DNA from: an uncultured bacterium | GTDB taxonomy: Bacteria > Bacillota_I > Bacilli_A > RFN20 > CAG-826 | Length of the DNA: 64,000 bases | Direction: 5' to 3' | NCBI GenBank assembly: GCA_949293175.1 | Contig: CASFCI010000008.1 | Coordinates: 954 to 64,953, forward strand | Shown here: piece by piece, positions 39,041-48,676 of the stretch | Layout of the letters: every line of letters begins with the position of its first letter | Numbering within the stretch: the stretch's first letter is position 1 | The notes under the pieces: model-generated | What the model was told of the DNA's origin: nothing | Databases searched by the model: none | Seen by the model: the letters and a program-made list of their open reading frames with translations, nothing else | Position numbers and translations under genes: made by a program

Positions 39041-39904
39041 TTAGGCGGCGGGCTTCTCTATGGCCTGCTGCTTGGCCTCGCGGTCCTTCTTGACCTGCTC
39101 AAGCAAAGCGGCGATGAGCGGGCTGTAGAGGGCGCGGAACGCCGGCTCGGCGTCGCGGATGTAGAGCTGGATGGTCTCGACGGTCTCGCGCATGACCTCC
39201 GGGAACTTCTTCCCGACGGGGAGGTCGCGGCGTCCGGTGATCATCTCCATGAGGGCGAAGATCTTGTCCTCCATGTTCTTGTAGACGAGGTTGCTCTCCC
39301 TGGCCGATCCGCGGACGAAGTTGATGTTCTGGATTATGGTCTGGATGTCGTTGGCGATGAACTTGGAAGAGGGCGACTCGGCGCCTTTGGCTTCCTGGCG
39401 GGCCTTGTTGTACTCATTGAACAGCCCGATGAGGTCGTTGGTGAGGGTGAGGTAGGCAACGCCGCGGAACATGGCATCCTCGGCCTTCCAGGTCTTCTCG
39501 GCGTCGGCGACGTCGATGTTCTTGGCGTGGGCGTCGTTGATGATGCCGCGGATCATCGAGTTGATGTTCTCGTGGATCGGCAGCACGCCGCGGTAGATCG
39601 GGAGGTGCTGGTTGTGGTCGACGCGGAGGCCGTCGTCGGCGAGGTGGAGTATGGTCGAGTTGTCGCCATAGACCTCATCGTAGAAGTCGCGGATGAGCTT
39701 CTCTAGCTTCTGGCCGTTCTCGCCCGAGCGGTCGATGATGTCCTTCAGCGGGGTGTGCTGGTCGACCTCGATGAGGACGGCCCGCTTCTTCTCCTGGAAG
39801 AGCTTGGTATCGTAGGTATCCTTCTTGAGGCAGTACTCAAGAGTGTCCCTGACCGAGACGTTGTAGTGGATCAGGGTGGTGATGACTTCGCTTACTTGGT
39901 TCAT
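39041..39904 (-). CDS. Hypothetical alpha-helical protein
   Basis: Long ORF with strong core codon bias. No motif recognised. Confidence 0.8.
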   Translation of the reverse strand: MNQVSEVITTLIHYNVSVRDTLEYCLKKDTYDTKLFQEKKRAVLIEVDQHTPLKDIIDRSGENGQKLEKLIRDFYDEVYGDNSTILHLADDGLRVDHNQHLPIYRGVLPIHENINSMIRGIINDAHAKNIDVADAEKTWKAEDAMFRGVAYLTLTNDLIGLFNEYNKARQEAKGAESPSSKFIANDIQTIIQNINFVRGSARESNLVYKNMEDKIFALMEMITGRRDLPVGKKFPEVMRETVETIQLYIRDAEPAFRALYSPLIAALLEQVKKDREAKQQAIEKPAA

Positions 39905-39935
39905 TTGCTGATTTTCCCTTCAATTGCGGTTAGTC

Positions 39936-40778
39936 CTATCCAACCGATGGGTATAGGATCTGCTCTAGATCGGCCACTTTGTCGATGACGTGGGCCGCGT
40001 GGGCCTTCACCGAATCGGGGGCATGGCTCATGCAGTAGCTGTTGGCATTGAAGCAGTCGAACATCGAGACGTCGTTTCCGGAGTCGCCGACAACTAGGAT
40101 ATTATCCTTTGAAATTCCTAGGTAATCAAGATATTTGATGACCCCGCTGGCCTTGGTGCACCCCTTCGGGGTGACCTCGATGAACTGATTGAGCCAGGTG
40201 AACTCGAAATCCGGGTATTCGCCTTTCAGCTGCTCGGTTAGCCGCTCGGCCTCCTGCTTCTTCTTCGCCCCGATGCCGACGAGGATCATGATCTTCATCG
40301 TCTCGCCCTTCTCGATCTCGGCGTAGAAGACGTGGTCGCTCCGCACGAACGGCTCGCGGTAGACGCCCTGGAAAGCCTCATAGGCGAAGTAGCCGAAGTT
40401 GGTCAGCTTGTTGACCCGCGTCTTGGTCATGACGATGGGCCGGGTCTTCGAGGTGAGCAATAGCAAGGCCGGGTCGATGCGCTTCCTTATGTCGGAAAGG
40501 AATGCCTTAAGCGGCTTGGGCTCGAAGAAGGCCTCGAAGATGAGCTTCCCGCCGACGTTGACGAAGGTGCCATCGCAGCCGATCCAATCGATCGGGCGCC
40601 CCGCTTTCCTGATGAACTTGTCGTGGAAGTTGTGCGAGCGCGAGCTGGCCACGACCAGCCTCCCGCCTTTGGAGAAGAAAAGGTCGAGGAAGGCGCGGTT
40701 GGCCCGCGGGAGCATCTTTATCGGGGACTTCGGGTAGAACAGCGTCCCGTCCAGATCGGTGGCGATTACCTGTATCAT
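39936..40778 (-). CDS. Cof-type HAD-IIB hydrolase
   Basis: DLDGTL, SSR, GCTKA, VGDSGND. Start chosen at the ATG 7 nt after TAGAAT. Confidence 0.9.
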   Translation of the reverse strand: MIQVIATDLDGTLFYPKSPIKMLPRANRAFLDLFFSKGGRLVVASSRSHNFHDKFIRKAGRPIDWIGCDGTFVNVGGKLIFEAFFEPKPLKAFLSDIRKRIDPALLLLTSKTRPIVMTKTRVNKLTNFGYFAYEAFQGVYREPFVRSDHVFYAEIEKGETMKIMILVGIGAKKKQEAERLTEQLKGEYPDFEFTWLNQFIEVTPKGCTKASGVIKYLDYLGISKDNILVVGDSGNDVSMFDCFNANSYCMSHAPDSVKAHAAHVIDKVADLEQILYPSVG

Positions 40779-40857
40779 CGGGAAGATTCTACGCTTTTTC
40801 ATAGCCAAAAAGAAAAAGGGGCCTCCGAAGAGACCCCCAGTATCAAGGAGGAAATCC

Positions 40858-41403
40858 TTATTTGAGCTGGTTCTCGGCCTGGATGACGCCATAGCCGCCA
40901 TCGAGGCGCTTGTAAGCGACCGAGATCTCGTTATCGTCGTCGTCGAGGTAGACGAAGAAGGAATGCCCGAGGGCCTCCATCCTGGTGATGGCCTCGTCGA
41001 TGGTCATCGGCTCGAGGTAGATAGACTTGGTCCTGACGATGGTCTCATCGCCGTCATCCTGCTCCTCGAAGTTCTCGAAGGCGAGGGCCTTGCCAAGGGA
41101 ATCGGCTTCCTTGGTGCGGTCCATGCGGGTCTTGAGCTTCCTCATCTGGCCCTCGAGCTTGTCGATGGCGAAGTCGACGGCGGCGTATAGATCGTTATCG
41201 CGCACCTCGGTGCGGAAGGTCATCTGCTTGGTGAAGATGGTGATCTCGACCTTGGCTCCCACCTGGTAGGAGCGGACCACGGCGCGGCATAGCACGTCGT
41301 CGTTGATCACGAAGTACTTGTCCATACGGGCAAGCTTCTTCTCGATGTCTGCGCGGATAGCATCGGTGACATCGATGTTCTTACCGATAATTTGGAATTT
41401 CAT
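40858..41403 (-). CDS. hpf: Long ribosome hibernation promoting factor
   Basis: GKNIDVTDAI, DLYAAVD...KLEGQMRK, PMTIDEAI..MEALGH.F, YKR.DG.YG. Confidence 0.95.
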   Translation of the reverse strand: MKFQIIGKNIDVTDAIRADIEKKLARMDKYFVINDDVLCRAVVRSYQVGAKVEITIFTKQMTFRTEVRDNDLYAAVDFAIDKLEGQMRKLKTRMDRTKEADSLGKALAFENFEEQDDGDETIVRTKSIYLEPMTIDEAITRMEALGHSFFVYLDDDDNEISVAYKRLDGGYGVIQAENQLK

Positions 41404-41495
41404 ATATTCTGCCCCTCCTAAGGGCTTACACCATTATTTTACGTGAAATTGCCTTTTAGGAAAGAGCGAATGTAAGCCCTTACTCGAAAACCGAC

Positions 41496-42671
41496 TTATT
41501 TGGCCTTGGAAGCGAAGAAATCGCGCAAAACCTCAACCTTATCCAATTTTTCCCATGGCAGGTCGAGGTCAGGGCGACCGAAGGCCCCGTAATTGGACAC
41601 ATCGGCGTAGCGGAAGGTGGGCTCGTTGAGCTTGAACTGCTTGATTATCGCCATCGGGCGGGCGTCGAAATAGCGGTCTATCGCCTCAAGGATGACGGAA
41701 TCCGGGACCTTCTTGGTGCCGAAGGTCGATAGCGAGATGCTAAGCGGCTTAGCCACGCCGATGGCGTAGCTCAGCTGTATCTCGAGGCGGTTGGCCGCCC
41801 CGGCCGCCACGAGGTTCTTGGCGATGTAGCGAGCGTAGTAGGAGGCCGAGCGGTCGACCTTCGAGGGGTCTTTGCCGGAGAAGGATCCGCCGCCGTGGCG
41901 GGATGCCCCACCATAGGTGTCGACGATTATCTTGCGCCCGGTGAGCCCGGTGTCGCCGGCCGGGCCGCCGATGACGAAGTTGCCCGTCGGGTTGATCAGG
42001 AAGATGAAGTCGGTGTTGAGGCCGAAGCTCTCCGCCACCGGGACCATGATCTGGTCGTGGACGTATTCCTTGAACGCCTTGCGGTCGATGTCCGGGTCGT
42101 GCTGGATGGACATGAGGATGGTGTGGATGCGCGGCTTGTCGCCCGAATAGTCTATGGTAACCTGGCTCTTCATGTCGGGGCGGGCGCCCTTGAAATCGCC
42201 GCTCTTCCTCTTTGAGGAAGCGACCCTAACCAGCTTATGGGCGATGGTGATGGGAAGCGGCATGTAGCCGTCGCTCTCGTCGGTCGCGTAGCCGAACATG
42301 ATGCCCTGGTCGCCGGCGCCCATGTCGAGGTCATCAGCCGGGTTGACGCCCATGGCGATGTCGCCGCTTTGCTCCTTGACCACGACCTTTATCTCGCAGC
42401 TGTCGGCCCCGATGCCCTTCTCGGCCTTGTCGTAGCCGATGCCGCGCAGCACTTTGCGCGCAATGCCCTCATAATCGACGCCTTCGACGCCGGAAATCTC
42501 CCCGCCGATCAGGATGAACTCGGTGGTGGCGAACACCTCGCAGGCGACGTGGGCCCACTTGTTGCGCGACAGGCACTCGTCGAGGATCGCGTCCGCGATC
42601 TGGTCGCAGACCTTGTCGGGATGGCCTTCCGAAACCGATTCGGAGGTCAATAGGAATTGCTCTTTGTCCAT
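41496..42671 (-). CDS. metK: S-adenosylmethionine synthetase
   Basis: SESVSEGHPDK, GAGDQG, GLTGRKIIVDTYG, HGGGSFSGKD. Confidence 0.98.
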   Translation of the reverse strand: MDKEQFLLTSESVSEGHPDKVCDQIADAILDECLSRNKWAHVACEVFATTEFILIGGEISGVEGVDYEGIARKVLRGIGYDKAEKGIGADSCEIKVVVKEQSGDIAMGVNPADDLDMGAGDQGIMFGYATDESDGYMPLPITIAHKLVRVASSKRKSGDFKGARPDMKSQVTIDYSGDKPRIHTILMSIQHDPDIDRKAFKEYVHDQIMVPVAESFGLNTDFIFLINPTGNFVIGGPAGDTGLTGRKIIVDTYGGASRHGGGSFSGKDPSKVDRSASYYARYIAKNLVAAGAANRLEIQLSYAIGVAKPLSISLSTFGTKKVPDSVILEAIDRYFDARPMAIIKQFKLNEPTFRYADVSNYGAFGRPDLDLPWEKLDKVEVLRDFFASKAK

Positions 42672-42674
42672 GTT

Positions 42675-42850
42675 TTCTCCTTCCGACGAAAATATCGTTG
42701 CCCCCACATACGGAAGCGACTTCGCCGGTTCCGTCAGGCATCGTTCCCCAGTGGGTTTGGGGCTATGGCGAGCACTTACCGCTATAGCGGAGTTGCTAGC
42801 GCTCTGGTTACGCCACAGGAAGCGCTTCTTGATGCCTGACTTTCGTCAGT
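42675..42850 (-). promoter_or_regulatory. SAM-I-clan riboswitch (atypical) in the metK leader
   Basis: P1 GTCAGGCATC/GATGCCTGAC, ATCAAGA junction, P3 AGCAAC/GTGCT, pseudoknot TGGCG/CGCCA. Promoter TTGTCT-17-TATATT at 42885-42857. Confidence 0.8.
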
Positions 42851-42906
42851 GAGGCTAATATACTGCCTCCGCCTTGCGTAGACAACAAAAAAGTAGGCCG
42901 GGCGGC

Positions 42907-43173
42907 CTACTTGTTCATTTCCTTTATTTCCCTAAGGGCGATCGATATCTGATCGGGGCAGGAGGTCATGCGGTTCCTCGACCCGCGGCATATAATGCCG
43001 GACAGCCGATTTATCGCATCGTCGATCTTCATTCCCTCGAGCAGTTTCCCAATGCCCTGCAGGTTGCCATGGCATCCCCCTTCGACGCGCAGCCCCTTGA
43101 TGACGTCGCCTTCGTATTCGATCGTCATCTTGCGGGAGCAGACGTTGGACGGGGTGAAGACGTACTCAGCCAT
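42907..43173 (-). CDS. TIGR03905-family TSCPD-domain protein
   Basis: VCSR, GGCHGNLQGI, GIIC, TSCPDQ. Confidence 0.92.
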   Translation of the reverse strand: MAEYVFTPSNVCSRKMTIEYEGDVIKGLRVEGGCHGNLQGIGKLLEGMKIDDAINRLSGIICRGSRNRMTSCPDQISIALREIKEMNK

Positions 43174-43868
43174 TATTCCTTGTGGCAGCAGTGGCCTTCG
43201 CCGTGGTGGCAGCAGCAGTCGCCTTCCTCGCCTTCGCAGCAGCAGGAATCGGACATGTATAGGATCTCGCCGTAGACGGTCCCGCCGGCCTCGGCGGCGT
43301 TGCTCTCGTCGGTGTCGATGTGCATGGCGAGCGAGAACTTCTCGCTGACGCGGATGATGGTGTCGCCGTAGATGGTGGTCCTATCCGGGGTCTCGATGGC
43401 GACGTAGACGGAGTCGCCGTCCTTGACGTTGAACTCCTCGGCGTCCTTCGGGGTCATGTGGATGTGGCGCTTGGCGACTATGGCGCCTTCCTTGAGCTCA
43501 AGGGTCCTTCCGTTGAGCGGGTTGACCAAGGTGATCGGGGCGCTGCCCTTCACGTCGCCGGAGAGGCGGATCGGGGCGGCGATGCCGAGGGTCCTGGCGT
43601 CGGTGGCCGAGACCTCGACCTGGTTTAGGCTGCGGAGCGGGCCGAGGATCGAGACGTTCTTGATCTCGCGCGGCTTGCCGGTCTTCGGGTTGACTGGGCC
43701 GACTAGGTTTAGCCTGACGTCCGAGACGTACTGGCCAGGCTGGGATAGCGGCTTCCTGACGTTGAGGGTGGCGTGTTCGCCCTCGGCGGCGCCCATCAGG
43801 TAATCGAACGAAGCCTGATCGAGGTGAATGTGGCGGGCGCTGGTCTCCACTAGAATCTTCTTTTCCAT
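43173..43868 (-). CDS. pduL: Phosphate propanoyltransferase/acetyltransferase PduL with Cys/His-rich tail
   Basis: SARHIHL, LSQPGQY, RHIHM, MHIDTDESNA. Confidence 0.93.
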   Translation of the reverse strand: MEKKILVETSARHIHLDQASFDYLMGAAEGEHATLNVRKPLSQPGQYVSDVRLNLVGPVNPKTGKPREIKNVSILGPLRSLNQVEVSATDARTLGIAAPIRLSGDVKGSAPITLVNPLNGRTLELKEGAIVAKRHIHMTPKDAEEFNVKDGDSVYVAIETPDRTTIYGDTIIRVSEKFSLAMHIDTDESNAAEAGGTVYGEILYMSDSCCCEGEEGDCCCHHGEGHCCHKE

Positions 43869-43982
43869 TTTTGCTCTCCTAAAGCGCCGTCATTATATGA
43901 CGAGCAAACAACTTTGATAAGCATTTTGCCCTTTTCTTTGCCCCACTGTGGTGTCTATGATTTAGCGGCGGAGGTAAAAGCC

Positions 43983-45449
43983 ATGGCCGAAGAGGAAAAG
44001 CTCAACGAGCAGATCGTCAAGAAGACGATAGACAGCGAAGAGCTGGAAGAAATAATAAAGTCCAAGGACAAGAAGAAGCTGCGCGACCTTTTCGTGACCA
44101 TCCCGGCGATCGATTTGGCTGAGGCGGCCAACGACATCCCCGACGAGGACCTTATCTATATATTCAGGACGGTCGAGAGCGCCTATACCGCGGATTTCTT
44201 CGCCGAGCTTTCCGGCGACGCCAAGGAATCGCTCATCAAGGCGATGACCGATAAGGAGCTGGTGAGCGTCATCAACGGGCAAAGCGCCGACGACGTCACC
44301 GATGCGGTCGTCGATTTGCCAGCCAACCTGGCGAGCCGCGTCATGCGGGCCGCCGACCCCGACATGCGCAAGGACATCAACACCCTGCTCAACTACAAAG
44401 AGGACACCGCCGGTGCCTTGATGACCACCGAGTACCTCGAGTTCCTCGGCGACATGACCGTTGAGGAGGCGATCGAGGCCATAAGGGCCAAAGGAAAGGA
44501 CGCGGAGACCATCTACACCATCTTCGTCAAGGACAAGCAGCGCCATTTCCTGGGCACCGTCGACCTCGACGATCTGATCTTCGCCTCCAAGGAGCAGAAG
44601 CTCTCCGACATCATGAACAAGGACGTGGTGAGCTGCCTCACCTCGACCGACCAGGAGGAGGTCGGGCAGATGTTCGCCCGCTACGACCTCAACGCCATGG
44701 CCGTCTTAAATGAGGACAAACGACTCGTCGGCGTCATCACCATCGACGACGCGGTCGACGTCTTGACCGAGGAATCCAACGAGGATGTCGCTAGGCTCAC
44801 CAACATGGAGCCGACCGAGGTCCCGTATATGGAGCTCAACACCTGGGAGAACGCCAAGCGGTGCATCCCCTGGATCATAATCCTGCTGGTGCTAGGCACC
44901 TTCGGCTCGATGATCCTCTCCTTCTTCCAGGATAAGCTCGAGACCCTCGCGATCCTCGCGGCCTTCATACCGACGCTGCTAGACACCGGAGGCAACTCCG
45001 GCGGCCAGACCACCGGCTTGATGGTAAGAAGCCTCGCCCTCAAGGAATTCGGCCCGAAGCAGATGCTCAAGGTCCTTTGGAGGGAGCTGAAGGCCGGCAT
45101 CGTCGTCGGCGCGATCGTCGCCTGCTTCGCCTTCGCCTGGTTCACCATGGAGCAATACACCGGGATCGTCAGCAACGGCGAGTTCGACGGGGTCAACATC
45201 TGGGCCGGCAACTGCTGGAACATGGCCTTCTTTGAGGCGACCATGAAGATATCAGCCTTGGTGTCGCTGACCGCCTTCCTTGCCATCACCCTAGCGAAGG
45301 TGATAGGTGCCCTATTGCCGCTGACCACCGCGGCCATCAAGAAGGATCCGGCCTTGGTGTCGCAGCCGCTGCTTACCACCATCATGGATATAGTCACCCT
45401 GATCGTCTACTTCTCGGTCGCGATGGCTTTCTTCCCACAGCTGGCGTAA
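43983..45449 (+). CDS. mgtE: Magnesium transporter MgtE
   Basis: N domain, two CBS domains, TGGNSGGQT, DPALVSQPLLTTIMD. Confidence 0.95.
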   Translation: MAEEEKLNEQIVKKTIDSEELEEIIKSKDKKKLRDLFVTIPAIDLAEAANDIPDEDLIYIFRTVESAYTADFFAELSGDAKESLIKAMTDKELVSVINGQSADDVTDAVVDLPANLASRVMRAADPDMRKDINTLLNYKEDTAGALMTTEYLEFLGDMTVEEAIEAIRAKGKDAETIYTIFVKDKQRHFLGTVDLDDLIFASKEQKLSDIMNKDVVSCLTSTDQEEVGQMFARYDLNAMAVLNEDKRLVGVITIDDAVDVLTEESNEDVARLTNMEPTEVPYMELNTWENAKRCIPWIIILLVLGTFGSMILSFFQDKLETLAILAAFIPTLLDTGGNSGGQTTGLMVRSLALKEFGPKQMLKVLWRELKAGIVVGAIVACFAFAWFTMEQYTGIVSNGEFDGVNIWAGNCWNMAFFEATMKISALVSLTAFLAITLAKVIGALLPLTTAAIKKDPALVSQPLLTTIMDIVTLIVYFSVAMAFFPQLA

Positions 45450-45505
45450 GGACAAAAAAGAAATATTTGATTGTCCGGCGAGGTAACTCTATAATTACCC
45501 TCGCT

Positions 45506-45590
<85 letters not shown>

Positions 45591-45749
45591 AGAAAAATCA
45601 AATGACGCCTGGAATCAGGCGTTTTTTGTTTTATACATAAAAACACGCGCACCCAACGGGATTGCATCGAAATAGCGGCAAGGTTTCTTCGGGTTTGATT
45701 CAAAACTTGTTATTAAAGTTTTTGATAATGTTGTTATAGGTGAAGGGCT

Positions 45750-46604
45750 ATGAATCTAACCAACGACATTTCAATTATCTGCGGCGTATTGCAATTAAGC
45801 GAAGCCGAACTTGCCAAAAAACTGGGTGTTTCGATTGAGACGATAGACAATTGGAAAAAGGGGATAAATGAGCCATCGGCCGCGAATCTAGAGAAGTTTT
45901 ACTCATTTGCCTATTCGAGCAAGATAAACCTGAATAACGTCTATGAGCAACTTTTCAAAGAAGAAAAAGAAACCGACGGGCATGTGGTCTTATTTCATGG
46001 GGCCAAGAAGGATTTCTCCTTGCCTATAGATTTCCTGTCAAACTACAAGGCCACCAATGATTTCGGGGTCGGATTCTATTTGGGGGAGACGTTCGAGCAA
46101 GCCGCGAATTACATTTCGGTTTTAAATCGCAATTTCGTCTATTGCTTCTGCCTGAATACGAAAAAGCTGAAAATCTACAAATTCGGAGTAGATACCGAAT
46201 GGATGATTGCCATCGCCTACCATAGGGGATGGCTTGAGAATTACAAAAACAGCCCGTTGGTGGAAAAGATAGTCGGCAAGCTGCCTTCTTATGACATCAT
46301 CATCGCCCCCATTGCCGACAACCGAATGTTCGACATCATCGCGGAATTCGTCGAAGGCGAAATCACCGACGAGCAGTGCAAGCACGCGCTTTCGGCGACG
46401 AATTTGGGCTTCCAATATGTATTGAAGACCAGTAAGGCTTTGGAAGGCATTGAGCTGCTTCGGGAAATGTATGTATGCGAAAAGGAAAAGAGCATGTGCC
46501 TTGAAAACAGGCGGCTGCTCGCGGAAAACGGGTCGCAGAAAGTAAAAATCGCAAGAATCAAATACAAGAACCAAGGCCATTACATCGAGGAGATACTGAA
46601 ATGA
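45750..46604 (+). CDS. XRE-HTH fused to a DUF3990-like domain
   Basis: LAKKLGVSIETIDNWKKG..EP (XRE). LFHG...DFGVGFYL..TFEQA...YDIIIAPIAD...QY (DUF3990 pattern). Confidence 0.8.
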   Translation: MNLTNDISIICGVLQLSEAELAKKLGVSIETIDNWKKGINEPSAANLEKFYSFAYSSKINLNNVYEQLFKEEKETDGHVVLFHGAKKDFSLPIDFLSNYKATNDFGVGFYLGETFEQAANYISVLNRNFVYCFCLNTKKLKIYKFGVDTEWMIAIAYHRGWLENYKNSPLVEKIVGKLPSYDIIIAPIADNRMFDIIAEFVEGEITDEQCKHALSATNLGFQYVLKTSKALEGIELLREMYVCEKEKSMCLENRRLLAENGSQKVKIARIKYKNQGHYIEEILK

Positions 46605-47437
46605 CCCCGCTTAGTTTCATCGAGTTAAAATTATGCCAGGCACAGGCCAAAATATTCGAAGCCTCGGTAACTAAAACCGACTACAGCTCGCCGATCTTCA
46701 TAAGGCGCTTCGCATATTCCTCACTCGCGAAATCCTTTGACGACAAGGTTTACTTATACCGTTCTGATTCCATAGACGAGGCCATAGGGCTCATCGACGA
46801 GGAATTTGGCAAAGCCAAGTATGGCAAAACAAAATACAGCGCCGACCAGATGTTTTGGATTGGCTATATCTATCGGTGCATCTGCATTAAGTACAACTTG
46901 TCCAGCAAAAGCGTCTATAGGCTTTTCGATGGCAGAAAAATCGTCGATTATTACAACATCTGCCACACTTTCGACATAGTCGATGCCGCCGAAAGGATGA
47001 TGGAAAGCATCAACTATGACGATTCTTCGCCTCAGCAGAAAGCCTACAAAATCGCCAAACGACTCCTTTATACGCAGAAGCTAATCGAATTAATTGGCCA
47101 GCACGTAAAGGTTATCGTCGATCGGCCGATAGGATATATCCATAATGGAATTGCCTATAAATTAAACTACGGCTACATAAAAAACCTTAAGGCAATGGAT
47201 GGCGAATATCAGGATGCCTATGTCCTTGGGGTCGATGAGCCAATCGATGGCTTCGAAGGCCAAGTGATAGGCGTAATCCATTGGAAAGACGATATCGAGG
47301 ATAAGCTCCTCGTAGCCGGTGCATCAGCGAATTACTCAAAACAGGAAATCAAGAAAGCGATCAATTTTCAGGAACGCTATTTCAAAAGCAAGATCATCCT
47401 CCCCGAGAACTTGCCTAATAGCATAGCCGCGGATTGA
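46601..47437 (+). CDS. DUF3990-partner (antitoxin-like) domain fused to an inorganic-pyrophosphatase-like domain
   Basis: ATGA-coupled to the upstream gene. N-half Q.KIFE.S...FIRRF...WIGYIYR. C-half VDRPIG...Y..NYGYI...DGEYQDAYVLG...DDIEDKL. Confidence 0.72.
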   Translation: MTPLSFIELKLCQAQAKIFEASVTKTDYSSPIFIRRFAYSSLAKSFDDKVYLYRSDSIDEAIGLIDEEFGKAKYGKTKYSADQMFWIGYIYRCICIKYNLSSKSVYRLFDGRKIVDYYNICHTFDIVDAAERMMESINYDDSSPQQKAYKIAKRLLYTQKLIELIGQHVKVIVDRPIGYIHNGIAYKLNYGYIKNLKAMDGEYQDAYVLGVDEPIDGFEGQVIGVIHWKDDIEDKLLVAGASANYSKQEIKKAINFQERYFKSKIILPENLPNSIAAD

Positions 47438-47533
47438 GCATTACTAATCAAGCCACATTTAAATGACGTCTTCCGACTTTCCTATTTTTCCCATCGCCTA
47501 GCCCTTGGAGTCGGGACGAGGTATCATACCTGC

Positions 47534-47935
47534 ATGGAAAAAAGCGGAGTGGAATCCGGATATAAGAAAGAATACCTCGACAGGCTATCCCGGCACGACC
47601 GCTCGATAAAGATCGCCCTTTTCGTCATCCCCTGCGCCCTATTGCTCATCATGACCATCGGCATGTTCTTGCCGATCTTCGGAATAAAGGATGGGCCTAA
47701 GGACGACACGGTCGAGAACATATCCCTTTTCAAGGCCCACGCCTTCTACTTCTCACATGCCGCCTTATCGATAAACACCTTCGCCATCGCCGCCGGGATG
47801 GTCTATCTGATATTGCCTTCCACCCCGGAATACCGCTTCGCCAAGATCACCTATTTCACTTTGCTTTCCCTTGCAATATCCGTCTCGGTCGCCAGCTATT
47901 GCCTGGATTGGATGAACTTCGCATTGGACAAATAG
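47534..47935 (+). CDS. Hypothetical membrane protein
   Basis: Three hydrophobic segments. Confidence 0.7.
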   Translation: MEKSGVESGYKKEYLDRLSRHDRSIKIALFVIPCALLLIMTIGMFLPIFGIKDGPKDDTVENISLFKAHAFYFSHAALSINTFAIAAGMVYLILPSTPEYRFAKITYFTLLSLAISVSVASYCLDWMNFALDK

Positions 47936-47980
47936 CGAACAAAAAAGGCGGGTTTTGCGCCCGCCTTTGATAATCCGTCC

Positions 47981-48577
47981 TTAATCTAGAGGGTTTTTAC
48001 TTTTGCAGATCCTAAGCGCCCCATAGGCCATAAGCCCGGAGGCCAGGAAGAGGCATATGGTGGACAGCAGCATCATGACGTCGAACTTCCCGTCATTCAC
48101 CAAATCCATGATCATGATGACGAAGTAGGCGACGATGACGTAGATCGCGTAGACGAAGCAGGACCAGCCGAAGATCTCGCCGAATATCCATTTGTGGAGG
48201 AACACGAACAGGAACCCGCAGAAGACGATCAAGGTCGCCGCCCCGGTGGCGATGGCGCTGACGATCCTATTGATGTCGGCTTGGACGCTGGGCATCGAGT
48301 ATTGCCCCATCACTACGAAGATGACGAGGGCCGGGGCGAGGGCGCGGATGGTTCCGGTTAGTCCCTTGGGCGAGAAGACCATGTAGCAGTAGAAGCCGAT
48401 GGCCGAGATAAGCACGATGAGGTCGACGACGAAGGTGATGATGCTCGCGACGTCTTTGCCTAGCGAAGGAACGCCTTTGGTGAACAGGTAGTAGAGAAGC
48501 AGCAGGAACCCAGAAATCAAGAAAGCGATGTGGGCATATGGAAGCGTCTTTTTGGTGGTGGATGAAGATTTGGCCAT
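47981..48577 (-). CDS. Hypothetical multi-pass membrane protein
   Basis: About six TM segments, AGGAGG RBS. Confidence 0.8.
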   Translation of the reverse strand: MAKSSSTTKKTLPYAHIAFLISGFLLLLYYLFTKGVPSLGKDVASIITFVVDLIVLISAIGFYCYMVFSPKGLTGTIRALAPALVIFVVMGQYSMPSVQADINRIVSAIATGAATLIVFCGFLFVFLHKWIFGEIFGWSCFVYAIYVIVAYFVIMIMDLVNDGKFDVMMLLSTICLFLASGLMAYGALRICKSKNPLD

Positions 48578-48676
48578 TAATTAGCCCTCCTTAACGAGGA
48601 CAATTATACTTCTCAGAACCGATTTGATAACCGCAAAGCGAAGTTTTTGGGCAACTATGCTAACATTGTCGGCGTT

